Positions 22,015 through 32,710 of a stretch of 64,000 nt of DNA are shown piece after piece. The notes under the pieces are model-generated. The model did no database searches and was not told where the DNA came from. It saw only the letters and a list, made by a program, of their open reading frames with translations. Both the position numbers and the translations under genes were made by a program. Source of the DNA: a virus; IMG/VR virus record IMGVR_UViG_3300044911_000835, positions 1-64,000 of that record, one strand, 5' to 3'. Each line of letters begins with the position of its first letter. Position 1 is the first letter of the stretch.

Positions 22015-22638
22015 ATGGCTGCTGCAAAGAAGTCAGTTAAAGTAAAAGATACGGAAGATTTATCCGATTCTAATATTGAGAAAGTAATTGCACTTCTTTC
22101 AGCAGAAAAGCCCTGTACTAAAAAAGAGGCTTGCAGTATTCTAAGAATCACTTACAATACTACTAGATTGCAGACTATTATTGACAACTTTCTAGAAAAG
22201 AAAGATAGAACTGCGAAGCTTAGGGCTGAGAAAGCACATAAACCTGCCACAGAAGCAGAGATTCAGTACTCTATTATGGAGTACCTGGGGGGTGCTACAG
22301 TTTCTGCAATTTCAGAGTCTCTTTATAGGTCAGCATCTTTTGTAGATAAAGTTCTAGAAAGATGTGGAGTACCACGTAGGGCTACAGGCTGGTCATACCA
22401 ACGTCCTCAACTAATCCCCGAAGAAGCGATTAGAACTTCTTTTGAGATTGGAGAGAAAGTATGGTCAGCGCGTTATGAGTCACTAGCAACGATTAAATCA
22501 GAAGTAACAAACCAACCACATCCTTCTAAAGTATATCGTGTATACCTAGAAGATGAGTCTTGGCAGCAATCAGCGTACCAACCAGCCGAGGAATTAGCTT
22601 CCTTGCAACACTTAACTAAATATGGAGTTTCAATTTAA
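22015..22638 (+). CDS. T5 D2-like DNA-binding protein
   Basis: TKKEAC.IL.I.YNTTRL, HTH ISESLYRS; synteny. Confidence 0.7.
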   Translation: MAAAKKSVKVKDTEDLSDSNIEKVIALLSAEKPCTKKEACSILRITYNTTRLQTIIDNFLEKKDRTAKLRAEKAHKPATEAEIQYSIMEYLGGATVSAISESLYRSASFVDKVLERCGVPRRATGWSYQRPQLIPEEAIRTSFEIGEKVWSARYESLATIKSEVTNQPHPSKVYRVYLEDESWQQSAYQPAEELASLQHLTKYGVSI

Positions 22639-22938
22639 ATGAACAAAAATGCTTTTCTTCACTCTATGAATGAAGGTGGGGACTGTTACATCAACTATAT
22701 TTCACCAGTCTCTAAGAAGCAGAAGTACCATGTTGGTACTACAAACTTTTCTGTAGCAATTTCACCCTATATTGCTAAGAAACTAGACGAGTATACCTGG
22801 CCTCGAATGAATGAGAATCAGGTACTAGTATTCTGTTATGATATGGATACATTCAAACCAGTAGATACTGCTTTGGTTATTAGTGTACTTCCGACTAATA
22901 AGGTAATTAGACAACCAGATGAGCAACAACGATTCTGA
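22639..22938 (+). CDS. hypothetical protein of the T5-like replication block
   Basis: KYHVGT..F..YI motif; synteny. Confidence 0.7.
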   Translation: MNKNAFLHSMNEGGDCYINYISPVSKKQKYHVGTTNFSVAISPYIAKKLDEYTWPRMNENQVLVFCYDMDTFKPVDTALVISVLPTNKVIRQPDEQQRF

Positions 22939-23179
22939 GGTTTTATTTACTCATACCCTAAAAGAAAATCTGGATGACTTCTCTCAGTGGAGATTAACAG
23001 TTACCGAATTTAGGGGTGAGCAATATCTAAATATACGAGAGTACTTTTTAGATTTTGATAGTGAGTGGCAGCCAACTAAGAAAGGTATTTCTCTTTTACT
23101 AGAAATGACTTTCACGGCTAACTTACTGGAAGGATTGAAACGCTTAGTTTCTGAAGGAGAACAAAAAGATGCGGAGTAA
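22919..23179 (+). CDS. PC4-like ssDNA-binding protein
   Basis: EFRGEQYLNIREYF...WQPTKKGISL. Confidence 0.85.
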   Translation: MSNNDSEVLFTHTLKENLDDFSQWRLTVTEFRGEQYLNIREYFLDFDSEWQPTKKGISLLLEMTFTANLLEGLKRLVSEGEQKDAE

Positions 23180-23282
23180 CCAGCTCTACCGAGATTTAGG
23201 CTTACATATAGCAGCTTTAGTCCTACTGTCCACTATTCTAGGTGCTAGTTTAATGTATGGATTAATGAGGATTTTTTCATGA
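23169..23282 (+). CDS. possible 37-aa membrane peptide
   Basis: MRSNQLYRDLGLHIAALVLLSTILGASLMYGLMRIFS*; ATGA overlap with ligase. Confidence 0.45.
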   Translation: MRSNQLYRDLGLHIAALVLLSTILGASLMYGLMRIFS

Positions 23283-24277
23283 AGTTTGAAACTGCGAAAG
23301 CCGAGTTAATTGATAGTTTACTTGTAAAGGCTTCAAAGGCTTATTACGACGGTGAACCAATTCTATCTGATGAACAGTTTGATTACTTAGCTGATTTAGT
23401 GGATTTCAAAGGTTTGGGTGCTAAGCCTACAGGTGAAGTAAAGAAACACTATAAAAGAATGTTCTCTTTACAAAAGCATTACGCAGGAGAAGGCAAAGTA
23501 CCTTTAGCTGATTATACTAATTTTAAGTATAAGTCACCTAAGCTAGATGGTGCTGCTATAGCTGCACTTTATATTGATAAACAGTTAGTACAAGTTTTAA
23601 CTCGTGGTGATGGTATTGAAGGTAGGGATATTACCGAAAAGTTTCTATTTAGTAGCAAACCAGTATTACCAAAGCAAATTGAACTAGATGGTATAGTACA
23701 AGTAACCGGAGAAATTACTACTTTATCAGATGTTGAAAATGCAAGAAATTATGCGTCTGGTGCTCTCAATCTAATAGATATAAATGAGTTTAATTCTAGA
23801 GACTTATATTTTACTGCGTATGGTCTATATCCAGAGACTCAGACTTATGAGCATGATTTAGAAGTTTTAAGGCTAAATAGTTTTAAAACAGTTGCAGATG
23901 AAGATTGGTGTGCTAAGTTCGATACCGACGGTATTGTAATACGGATTAATGATAACGAAGATTATAATAGTCTAGGGCATACTTCTAAGCATCCACGCGG
24001 AGCTTACGCTATTAAAGAACGTAAGTTTGGTGCAATTACTACTTTGCTAGATGTAGAGTGGCAGGTGGGTAAGTCTGGCAAAGTTACCCCAGTAGCTATT
24101 CTGGAACCGTGCAAGATTGGAGACTCTACAGTTGCTAGGGCTACTCTTAACAACATAGCTTTTATCGAGTCTCTAGGATTGGAGATAGGCTGTAAAGTTG
24201 AGGTACAAAAAATGGGTGATATTATTCCCGGCATTATTCGTAGGTTGCCTGAAAATGATATTGATTTTGTAGAGTAA
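23279..24277 (+). CDS. ligA: NAD-dependent DNA ligase, subunit A
   Basis: AYY.G.PILSDEQFD, PKLDG, TRGDG, DGIV, GKVTPVA, ATLNN, GDIIP. Confidence 0.93.
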   Translation: MKFETAKAELIDSLLVKASKAYYDGEPILSDEQFDYLADLVDFKGLGAKPTGEVKKHYKRMFSLQKHYAGEGKVPLADYTNFKYKSPKLDGAAIAALYIDKQLVQVLTRGDGIEGRDITEKFLFSSKPVLPKQIELDGIVQVTGEITTLSDVENARNYASGALNLIDINEFNSRDLYFTAYGLYPETQTYEHDLEVLRLNSFKTVADEDWCAKFDTDGIVIRINDNEDYNSLGHTSKHPRGAYAIKERKFGAITTLLDVEWQVGKSGKVTPVAILEPCKIGDSTVARATLNNIAFIESLGLEIGCKVEVQKMGDIIPGIIRRLPENDIDFVE

Positions 24278-24289
24278 CTACAGTATAAT
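24261..24289 (+). promoter_or_regulatory. promoter between the ligase halves
   Basis: TTGATT-17-TATAAT. Confidence 0.65.
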
Positions 24290-24314
24290 ATTTCCTTCTA
24301 CAGTTGAAAAGCAA

Positions 24315-25076
24315 ATGAAAATAACCCAACCAGAAAATTGTCCTGTTTGTAACTCCAAATTGATTCTAGTAAAAGATCAATTATTTTGTAGGAACAAAGA
24401 ATGCCCAGCGCAAACCGCGAAGAAATTAGAACACTTCTGCAAAACTGTAAAGATGAAAGGCTTTGGGCCAGTAGCACTAAGTAAACTTGATTTTGAATCA
24501 ATACTAGATATTTATACTTTTAGTGAGTCAACGTATAAGAATTTACTTGGAGATACTATTGGAGCAAAGCTATTCAAAGAAGTTAGGCTCAGTGAAAAGA
24601 ACACCGACTTAGAACAAGTTATCGCTGGTTTAAGCATCCCTTTAGTAGGCAATACTGCTGCTAGTAAACTATGTGAGTTTATTGACAGTGTAGATGATAT
24701 TAACAAGGAGACTTGTTCTATGGCTGGACTAGGTGAGAAAGTAACAAATAATCTGCTAGAGTATGTTAATTCAGAGGAATTTAGTAGATTACAAAAGCTT
24801 CTTAGGAAGTTTAAAGTAGGTAGTAATAAGAAAGTTGAAACATCATCATTAGGTATTACAGTATGTATTACTGGAAAACTTGATGATTACAAGAATAGAT
24901 CAGAAGCTGCTAAATATCTTAGTAGTTTAGGGTTTACGGTAGTCGATAGTGTAACTAAAGCTACCAACATTTTAATTAACGAAGAAGATAGAGAAAGTTC
25001 AAAGCTAACAAAAGCTATATCCCTAGGAATTAGGGTAACTACTATCAAAGACTTAGAAAAGGAAATAAATAAATGA
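24315..25076 (+). CDS. NAD-dependent DNA ligase, subunit B (Zn finger, HhH, BRCT)
   Basis: PENCPVC...C.N..C, GLSIPLVG, CITGKL...SVTK. Confidence 0.92.
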   Translation: MKITQPENCPVCNSKLILVKDQLFCRNKECPAQTAKKLEHFCKTVKMKGFGPVALSKLDFESILDIYTFSESTYKNLLGDTIGAKLFKEVRLSEKNTDLEQVIAGLSIPLVGNTAASKLCEFIDSVDDINKETCSMAGLGEKVTNNLLEYVNSEEFSRLQKLLRKFKVGSNKKVETSSLGITVCITGKLDDYKNRSEAAKYLSSLGFTVVDSVTKATNILINEEDRESSKLTKAISLGIRVTTIKDLEKEINK

Positions 25077-25810
25077 CAGTTCAAAAATGGACCGACGAAC
25101 GTACCGCTCAACTAACCGCACTTGCCGGTGTTGCTACTCCAGTTAGCACAGATACTGTAAAGACTGCTGCTGTAGAATTAGTTTGTAGTGAGCGCTCAGT
25201 AGCTGCTAAGCTACGTAAGATGGGTTACGAAGTTGCTTCAATGGCTAAATCTACTGCCCCCACATTCACAGAAGATGAAGCTACTGCTCTAGGTGCTTTT
25301 GTTGAAGCAAATAGTGGCAATATGACTTATGCTCAGATTGCTGAGGCTTTCCAAGGTGGCGAGTTTACTGCTAAGCAAGTTCAAGGTAAGATTCTATCAA
25401 TGGAACTTACTGCACACGTTAAGCCAACTGAAAAGGTTGAAGCAGTTCGTACATATACCGAATCAGAAGAAGTTACTTTTGTTAGTATGTGTGCAGAAGG
25501 TGCCTTCGTAGAAGACATTGCTACTGCTCTGAATAAGACTATTAATTCAGTCCGCGGAAAGGCTCTCAGCCTACTACGTAGCGGGGACATTGCAAAGATG
25601 CCTGCTCAGAAGGAATCTCATGCTAAGGCAGAAGCTGATGTTGTTGACACCCTAGGTGACCTAAGCAAACTAACAGTTGCTCAGATCGCTGAGAAGTCTG
25701 GAAAGACTGAACGCGGTATTAAGACATTGTTAACACGTCGTGGACTTGTTGCATCAGATTATGATGGAGCTGCAAAGAAAGCAAAGAATGCAGCTAAAAC
25801 AGCTGAGTAA
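25073..25810 (+). CDS. T5 D5-like DNA-binding protein
   Basis: repeated HTH units (RSVAAKLRKMG, SVRGKALSL, RGIKTLLTRRG); synteny. Confidence 0.85.
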   Translation: MTVQKWTDERTAQLTALAGVATPVSTDTVKTAAVELVCSERSVAAKLRKMGYEVASMAKSTAPTFTEDEATALGAFVEANSGNMTYAQIAEAFQGGEFTAKQVQGKILSMELTAHVKPTEKVEAVRTYTESEEVTFVSMCAEGAFVEDIATALNKTINSVRGKALSLLRSGDIAKMPAQKESHAKAEADVVDTLGDLSKLTVAQIAEKSGKTERGIKTLLTRRGLVASDYDGAAKKAKNAAKTAE

Positions 25811-25827
25811 TACCTAAATAGGTAATT

Positions 25828-25863
25828 AAGGCGGTTTAGGGATTCCTCTAAATCGCCTTTTTT
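25828..25863 (+). terminator. intrinsic terminator
   Basis: AAGGCGGTTTAG...CTAAATCGCCTT TTTT. Confidence 0.8.
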
Positions 25864-25876
25864 CATGGAGTAATAA

Positions 25877-26176
25877 ATGAAGGTAACAATAACTTATTAT
25901 GACAACGACTCTCTCACGATTGAAGAAGTTGTTGCCCGCGCCAAACACGCATACGGAGATTTTGTTGAAGTTTCCGTGCAACCAACAAGCAATAAGCCTT
26001 CAGATATGCTTTACTTTGCTTTGCAACAAATGTTAACTCACGAACAGCTATCAATATTTTTTGATGACAAGAATCAGTATCCTGCTAGACTAGGTAAGTT
26101 GCGTTCTGAAACATTAGCAGCAGTACAAAAGGAATTATCAGCAGTAATTAAGGATAATGAAATAAAGGTAACTTAG
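25877..26176 (+). CDS. hypothetical protein
   Basis: GGAG RBS. Confidence 0.7.
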   Translation: MKVTITYYDNDSLTIEEVVARAKHAYGDFVEVSVQPTSNKPSDMLYFALQQMLTHEQLSIFFDDKNQYPARLGKLRSETLAAVQKELSAVIKDNEIKVT

Positions 26177-26177
26177 A

Positions 26178-27602
26178 ATGGCAGACATTGGCGCAATAGT
26201 ACTACATAAAGTATTGGAGGGTAAAGATCTATCTGCATTTTCAAGACTGAAGTTAGCTTTTTTCGACTCTTCTTACACTAGCGTATATAGTGCTATTACG
26301 ACCCATTATGACAAGTATGGTGCTATACCTAATTTTGTTGAACTACTAACAACTGCTAGAAGTAGTGCATTAACGAACGCTTTAACAACACTTCAAAGTC
26401 TTGAAATTGAAGATGATATAGATATAGATGTAGCTGTAGATGCTTTAATTGATAGCTACACACAAAGTGAAGCACTAAAACTATTAGATAAATTTGTAGA
26501 TAATATCACCTTAATGGATAGTCAGGAGATTAAGGACTCTCTATCCGCAGCAGTAATGCATCTAGATGAGAAAACTCATACTAGTGAAAGCATTCTAAGT
26601 GCTAGTGATATTATGTTGTTTGCTTCAGTAGAAGATAATGAGCATTATAAGTTTCCTAGTGGCATTTCGAATACAATCGACGCTAAATTGGGGGGATTGT
26701 TTAGACAAGAAACTATCCTACTTGGTGGAAAACGTGGTGCTGGCAAATCTATTGTATGTGCTAACTTAGTAGAAGCACAGTATGCTATGGGTAATACTTC
26801 AGTATATTTTACCATTGAAATGACGGGTAGGGAAACATTCCAACGTATCATGGGTATTAATGCTGGAATATCTCATTCATTACTAAAACAAAATTCTCTG
26901 TCGGAATCAGAAATCTTAAAATTAGTAAAAGCCAGAGCAGCTATGTATCTAGATGCAGATGATCTAGTAGAGGAATTCATATTAAGTGGAGATAACTTAA
27001 AGTTCGAAAGTGATTTAGTTAGAACTAAGTTTCTAAAACCTGAGAATCAGATTATCATTATTGATGATAGAGAACTAAGTATTACTGCAATTGATTTACA
27101 TATTCAAAAGCTGAAAGCTAAGTTTGGTGATAGTCTTAAATTAGCTGTTATTGATTACTTGAACCAGATTACTGTACCTGGAATTCCAGGGGGCATGTAT
27201 GAATGGACTACCCAGATCTTTGTTAGTAAAAAACTGAAAGAGTTAGCTAGAAAGCACGATATATGTATTGTATCTCCTTATCAAATTGATGATAATGGTG
27301 GTACACGATTTGCTAAAGGTATTCTAGATTCGTGTGATATTGCGATGTTATTAGATGCTCATGATAAATCGGACAATACTATATCCTTCGATACTACTAA
27401 GATTCGCGGTGGTCCACCGTTAGCTTTTAGTAATGGTATTAACTGGGAGACTTTGAAAATTAATCCAGCAGAAACAGATAAACCTCAAAAGAAAGCAAAG
27501 AAAGAAAAGGAAGAGGAATCTTCCTATACTGGAAAAGAAGACGCAAATGATATTGATATTCCATTTGCTGGAGCCACTAAAATAGGTGTAAATAAATGGT
27601 AG
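26178..27602 (+). CDS. DnaB-like replicative helicase (T5 D6-like)
   Basis: GGKRGAGKS Walker A, FTIEM, IDYLNQ, PYQID. Confidence 0.92.
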   Translation: MADIGAIVLHKVLEGKDLSAFSRLKLAFFDSSYTSVYSAITTHYDKYGAIPNFVELLTTARSSALTNALTTLQSLEIEDDIDIDVAVDALIDSYTQSEALKLLDKFVDNITLMDSQEIKDSLSAAVMHLDEKTHTSESILSASDIMLFASVEDNEHYKFPSGISNTIDAKLGGLFRQETILLGGKRGAGKSIVCANLVEAQYAMGNTSVYFTIEMTGRETFQRIMGINAGISHSLLKQNSLSESEILKLVKARAAMYLDADDLVEEFILSGDNLKFESDLVRTKFLKPENQIIIIDDRELSITAIDLHIQKLKAKFGDSLKLAVIDYLNQITVPGIPGGMYEWTTQIFVSKKLKELARKHDICIVSPYQIDDNGGTRFAKGILDSCDIAMLLDAHDKSDNTISFDTTKIRGGPPLAFSNGINWETLKINPAETDKPQKKAKKEKEEESSYTGKEDANDIDIPFAGATKIGVNKW

Positions 27603-28459
27603 ATGAAGTAAGAAACTTACTCGATAATTTTGATATTAAGTATATCCCTAGTGGTAGGGATTACTTAATACATTGTTTAAATCCAGATCATCCAGACAGG
27701 AATCCCTCACTTAGAATTGATAAACTAAAAGGTATAGGCCAATGCTTATCCTGTGGCTATAAAGTAAACCTATTCAAGCATTTCGATGTATTCACAGACG
27801 GAAAATCAGCGCAAATTGCCTCCTTAAAGGAGAAAATTGCGAAATGTATGTCGGATAGTGTAGGATTAAAAATACCGAGTAAGGCAATTCCTTGGCGCGA
27901 AGATTATAGAAATATCAAGGCTAGTACATTTAGAGAGTTTGATGCTTTCACATATCACGAAGATTTTGGTAATCGCTTAGTATTCCCAATGTATGCTGCT
28001 AGTAATAAGATTGTAGCATTTAATGGTAGAGCGATGGGTAATGAAAGCCCTAAATATGATATTTATCCTTCTAAAGTAGAATTACCAATGTTTCCAGGTA
28101 GACCTAAGCCAGTAAATTCTACTTTAGTGCTAGTTGAGGGTATATTTGATTTTCTAAATCTCTACGATAAAGGATTAACTAATGCTGTTGCTCTTATGGG
28201 TGTTACAACTTTACACTCGAAGAAGGGTTTAAATAAAGACAAAGTAAATCTATTTAAAATGAGTGGCACTACAAGAATATTTCTCTGTTTAGATGCAGAT
28301 GACGCAGGTAGAAAAGCCACTGAAGAACTTAAACCACTACTAGAAGCTGAAGGTTTTTATGTTGGTATAATAGAATTAGAAGATGATAGTGATCCAGGCG
28401 AATTAAGTAAGTCTGATGTTGCTTGGGTCATCGACTATATAAATGGAAGGCAAACCTAG
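27596..28459 (+). CDS. DNA primase
   Basis: CLNPDH.D.NPS..C.SC zinc ribbon, VEGIFD, DADDAG TOPRIM, DPG. Confidence 0.92.
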   Translation: MVDEVRNLLDNFDIKYIPSGRDYLIHCLNPDHPDRNPSLRIDKLKGIGQCLSCGYKVNLFKHFDVFTDGKSAQIASLKEKIAKCMSDSVGLKIPSKAIPWREDYRNIKASTFREFDAFTYHEDFGNRLVFPMYAASNKIVAFNGRAMGNESPKYDIYPSKVELPMFPGRPKPVNSTLVLVEGIFDFLNLYDKGLTNAVALMGVTTLHSKKGLNKDKVNLFKMSGTTRIFLCLDADDAGRKATEELKPLLEAEGFYVGIIELEDDSDPGELSKSDVAWVIDYINGRQT

Positions 28460-28478
28460 CCTTAATAAAAGGAGTAGC

Positions 28479-30794
28479 ATGAGAATAGCAGTAGTTGAGA
28501 AATGTCCTAGTAATATACGTTTTAACCAATATTTTCAATTTGAGTTTGATCAGTATCAGTTATGTAGTGTAAAATTACCTAAAGTCCTAAAGAAAGATGT
28601 AGATATTGAAATTGATATATCTAAATATGACTACATAATTACAGTAGGTAGCGAAGCAGCAAAGTATTTTGCCAAGATTACTAGTGTTACTGATTTAGCA
28701 GGGCACTTAATAGATGGTAAATATATTCCAATTATTAATCCAATGATGATTACCTTCAAACCAGAAGGTAAACCAGCATTTGAGAAATCTATCGAGAGGC
28801 TACATAAAGTAGTTTCCGGAGAGAATTTAGTTAATAATACAGGTAGTTGGATAGGTATTACAGACTCTAAGGAGGCACTAGAATACCTAAGAAAGATTGA
28901 TGAGTGGGCTAGTGAAACTAAAGTAATAGCACTAGATACTGAAACTACAGCACTTTATCCGACTGACGGCTACGTCCTAGGGATAAGTATCTGCGCTAAG
29001 TTGGGTAATGCTGCTTATATATCTACAGAGTGTGTGAGCGAAGAAGTTGAAGCATTCTTCCAGTACTTATTTAATAAGTACACTGTAGTATTTCATAATG
29101 CTAAATTCGATATTAAGATGTTACGTTATCATTTTAATTTCAAATTCCCATCATACGAAGATACAATGGTACTGCATTACGTCCTAGATGAGACGCAAGG
29201 TAGCCACGGATTGAAGAGTCTAGCATTAAAATATACTGACTTTGGTGCATACGATGATGATCTAGACACATATAAGAAAGATTATTGTAGGTCACACGGA
29301 GTTCTGGAATCTGATTTTACTTATGATTTGATTCCTTTTGAAATTATGGTTCCTTATGCGGCTAAGGATACAGGTGTTACTCTAGTTCTATATAATAAGT
29401 TTAAACCTATTATTAATGCTAACCCCAAATTGTTAAATCTGTACAATAATCTTCTTATCCCAGCTTTAACAGCTTTGATTAAGATTGAGCTTGTAGGTGT
29501 TCCTTTCCATAGAGGGCGCTTAGAGTTTGCTAAAGCTACTATTGATAAGGCAATTAGGGACGCAGAGATACATCTGTATAATTTACCAGAAGTTAAGCAA
29601 TTTGAGAAAGATCAAGGTAAAGAGTTTAATCCAAATAGTGTTCTTCAACTAAGAAAGCTTCTATTTGATGTTTTACAGTTGGAACCGCTAGCTAAGAAAA
29701 CAGGAACTGGATTACAAAGTACAGACGCTGAAGTTCTAGAAAGTTTAGATGGTCAGCACGAAGTAGTAAATAGTATTGTTTCTATTAGAAAACTTGGTAA
29801 AATCAAAAATACTTATGTAGATAATCTACTTCGTAATTTAGATTCAGATGGTAGAGTCAGAACAGGTTTTAATTTAACTAGTACAACTTCCGGTAGACTA
29901 TCAAGTTCTGGGAAATTTAATGCTCAGCAGCTTCCACGGGATGAGAAGCGTGTTAAAGGTGCAATTAAAGGTTCTGGAAAGCACGAAGGTTGGAAGATAG
30001 TTTCTCAGGATTTGGCAACTGCTGAAATGTACTATGCTGCTGTCCTGTCTGGGGATAAGAAACTTCAGAGGGTTTTCCAAGATAAGGAAGATTTTCACAG
30101 CTCTATTGCTAAGCAAGTATTCTCACTACCTGGTGCTGTTTCTGATGTGAAAAAATTCTTCAAGGATAAGCGTCAAGCTGCTAAAGCTATCTCCTTCGGT
30201 ATTCTTTACGGTTCAGGTGCTCGCAAAGTATCAGATACTGTATCAAAAGATTCTGATACTTACTTCTCCTTAGATGATGCACAAGAGGCTATTGATTTAT
30301 ACTTCAATACCTTTTTTCAACTAAAGAAGTGGTTGAAGGGAACTGAGGAGCTAATTAAGCAGCAAGGTTTCTTGTATACCTCAGTTGGGCGTAAGCGCAG
30401 ACTTAAAAATGTATTTAGCCCAGATAAGGGTATTGCATCACATGAAATCAGAAGTGGTATTAATGCCGCAGTACAATCCCTAGCATCTGATATTAACCTA
30501 TTTGCTGTTATTGATATGATGGCAGCTATTAAGAAGCATAAGTTACGTGCAGAAATCTTTATGATGGTGCATGACTCAATCGTAGCTATTGTACACCCTG
30601 ACGACGTAGAAAAATACTGCGAACTATTGGCTGAATGTACTCAGAAGGATAGGGGCTTCTCTATTCCAGGTTGCCCAATCGGTATTGATCAAGAAGTTGG
30701 TGATGACTACTCATTTGAAGGTTGGGGTGATGAGTGGAGGGAGTGCTACGATGATTTTATCCAAAGTAGTATGGCCGGTCTACCAGCTAAGTAA
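28479..30794 (+). CDS. family A DNA polymerase (T5 type)
   Basis: DTET and HNAKFD exonuclease; TTSGRLSS; RQAAKAISFGILYG; MVHDS; start moved to ATG after GGAG. Confidence 0.95.
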   Translation: MRIAVVEKCPSNIRFNQYFQFEFDQYQLCSVKLPKVLKKDVDIEIDISKYDYIITVGSEAAKYFAKITSVTDLAGHLIDGKYIPIINPMMITFKPEGKPAFEKSIERLHKVVSGENLVNNTGSWIGITDSKEALEYLRKIDEWASETKVIALDTETTALYPTDGYVLGISICAKLGNAAYISTECVSEEVEAFFQYLFNKYTVVFHNAKFDIKMLRYHFNFKFPSYEDTMVLHYVLDETQGSHGLKSLALKYTDFGAYDDDLDTYKKDYCRSHGVLESDFTYDLIPFEIMVPYAAKDTGVTLVLYNKFKPIINANPKLLNLYNNLLIPALTALIKIELVGVPFHRGRLEFAKATIDKAIRDAEIHLYNLPEVKQFEKDQGKEFNPNSVLQLRKLLFDVLQLEPLAKKTGTGLQSTDAEVLESLDGQHEVVNSIVSIRKLGKIKNTYVDNLLRNLDSDGRVRTGFNLTSTTSGRLSSSGKFNAQQLPRDEKRVKGAIKGSGKHEGWKIVSQDLATAEMYYAAVLSGDKKLQRVFQDKEDFHSSIAKQVFSLPGAVSDVKKFFKDKRQAAKAISFGILYGSGARKVSDTVSKDSDTYFSLDDAQEAIDLYFNTFFQLKKWLKGTEELIKQQGFLYTSVGRKRRLKNVFSPDKGIASHEIRSGINAAVQSLASDINLFAVIDMMAAIKKHKLRAEIFMMVHDSIVAIVHPDDVEKYCELLAECTQKDRGFSIPGCPIGIDQEVGDDYSFEGWGDEWRECYDDFIQSSMAGLPAK

Positions 30795-31272
30795 GTATGT
30801 TGAGATCAAGGAGTATAATAATATGCTCCTTGGTCGTAACTCCGCAGAAGATGACTTTAAATTGATAGATGACAAATCAAGAGATTCACCTTCTCTTGGT
30901 TTGCGCCGGATCAAGTATGAATCAAGCCCAAGTATCGAAGGGTACAAATTATACAAGCTATCCACACCAATATATAAATACTCTAGTTTAATACTCTTAA
31001 CACACAAATCTAGTAGATTTATAGATTTCTCTGGTAAAGTATTTAACTATGTAAAGAGTATGCGTGTACAGCTTAAATACTATAGAATTACTAAGTATAC
31101 TCAGGTAGATCATGGTTACTTAGTACATTTATATGGTATACATTGCCCTTTTTATATAAACTATGAACCAGCCTTAGAGGTTAAGTATGCTGGCTTACTA
31201 CATGTAGGCCGGGGGTATGTTCTTTATTCACTAGAGGAGTCTAAATTAGCAGATACTAGGAGGTTAATATAA
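30751..31272 (+). CDS. hypothetical protein between pol and D10 (T5 synteny)
   Basis: WPVY, LGLRR, FIDFSG; start moved. Confidence 0.75.
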   Translation: MILSKVVWPVYQLSKYVEIKEYNNMLLGRNSAEDDFKLIDDKSRDSPSLGLRRIKYESSPSIEGYKLYKLSTPIYKYSSLILLTHKSSRFIDFSGKVFNYVKSMRVQLKYYRITKYTQVDHGYLVHLYGIHCPFYINYEPALEVKYAGLLHVGRGYVLYSLEESKLADTRRLI

Positions 31273-31356
31273 TGTATGAGTTATTAACGGCTGTGCTGTC
31301 AGTTCTAGTAAGTATGCTACTAGTTCTTTATATAGTAAATATTATAGGAGTAATTA

Positions 31357-32655
31357 GTGGCCCGAAAAGCGGTTTTAAGTGACAGAATCTATTTAGATAA
31401 TGTAACACCAGAAGAAATGGATATTCTAGAAGCGCAGACTACCTATGAAATTATAGCTAGAGCAGGTAATAATACTTTCAGAGAGATTATTAATAATTTC
31501 CGAAGAATAACCCCCACTATGTGTTCTGTACCTTCTGGTAGAATTGATTTAATTAATGTAGACTATGAAGTTATTGATAAAAGAGTTTTAAAGCCAGTAG
31601 AGTTTCCAGAGTTTAGAGGTAAGCTTAGAGAATCTCAACAGGAAGTATATGATGCAGTAGATGAGTCTTGTATGATTAATGCCTTTCCAAGTTGGGGAAA
31701 AACTTATTCTGCTTTAGCTATAGCAGCAAAACTAGGTCAAAAAACATTAGTTATTACACATACTACAGGACTTCGCGATCAGTGGATTTCTGAGATTGAG
31801 AAAGTATTTGGAATTGATGCAGGTATTATTGGTAGTGGTAAGTATAATACCAAACCAATGATTGTTGTTGGTAATGTTCAATCTATAGTTAAAGTAATTG
31901 ATCAAGTTCGTGATGATTTTGGCACTTTAATACTTGATGAAATGCATCACGTTAGTGCTGCTACATTCTCCAAGATTGTTGATAAGTCGAAAGCTCGTTA
32001 TAAGATAGGGCTTTCTGGTACTCTAATTCGTAAGGATAAGAAACATATTATATTCCAAGATTACTTTGGATTTAATATATTTAAACCAGAGAAAGAAAAC
32101 TCTTTAACTCCCCAAATTGTAATAGTTGATACTAATATAGTATTAAAGCCATCACAACATTGGAGTAACAGGGTAACTGACCTAGAGGTTTACAATGAAG
32201 AATACAGACATATGGTTGTAGACCTAGCTAATAACGCCGCTAGTAAGGGCTATAAAGTGCTAGTAGTTGGTTCTAGGGTTGAATTCTTAAAATGGGCTGC
32301 TGAACAAAGTAATAAAGCGATTAGTATTACTGGAGAAATGAAATCTACGGAAATGAGAGCACAAGCCTTAAAAAGCTTATCAACTCCAGAGGTAGATATA
32401 CTGTATGGTACTATGTCCATATTTTCAGAAGGAATTTCACAGAATGACTTGAGTTGTTTAATTCTAGCTACACCTATTAATAATGAGCCATTACTTACTC
32501 AGTTAATAGGGCGCATTATTAGGGAAGCCCCTGGTAAAAAGCAACCATTAGTACTAGATATACATTTAAAAGGTAATTCTACTAGAGCACAAGCCCAGAC
32601 TAGGATGGGACACTATATTAGACAAGGTTACCAGGTGAGAATATTAAAAAAGTAA
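31357..32655 (+). CDS. SF2 helicase (T5 D10-like)
   Basis: PSWGKT, DEMHH, GLSGT, QLIGRI.R. Confidence 0.92.
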   Translation: MARKAVLSDRIYLDNVTPEEMDILEAQTTYEIIARAGNNTFREIINNFRRITPTMCSVPSGRIDLINVDYEVIDKRVLKPVEFPEFRGKLRESQQEVYDAVDESCMINAFPSWGKTYSALAIAAKLGQKTLVITHTTGLRDQWISEIEKVFGIDAGIIGSGKYNTKPMIVVGNVQSIVKVIDQVRDDFGTLILDEMHHVSAATFSKIVDKSKARYKIGLSGTLIRKDKKHIIFQDYFGFNIFKPEKENSLTPQIVIVDTNIVLKPSQHWSNRVTDLEVYNEEYRHMVVDLANNAASKGYKVLVVGSRVEFLKWAAEQSNKAISITGEMKSTEMRAQALKSLSTPEVDILYGTMSIFSEGISQNDLSCLILATPINNEPLLTQLIGRIIREAPGKKQPLVLDIHLKGNSTRAQAQTRMGHYIRQGYQVRILKK

Positions 32656-32710
32656 AAGATTTTCTTTTTCAATTACAGTATAATATTATTTCTCAGTGAG
32701 AAATCAACCT

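Noticed and set aside
23279-25076. Split ligase as an intron or frameshift
   Set aside because: A two-gene NAD ligase is the normal T5 arrangement; the gap is only 37 nt.
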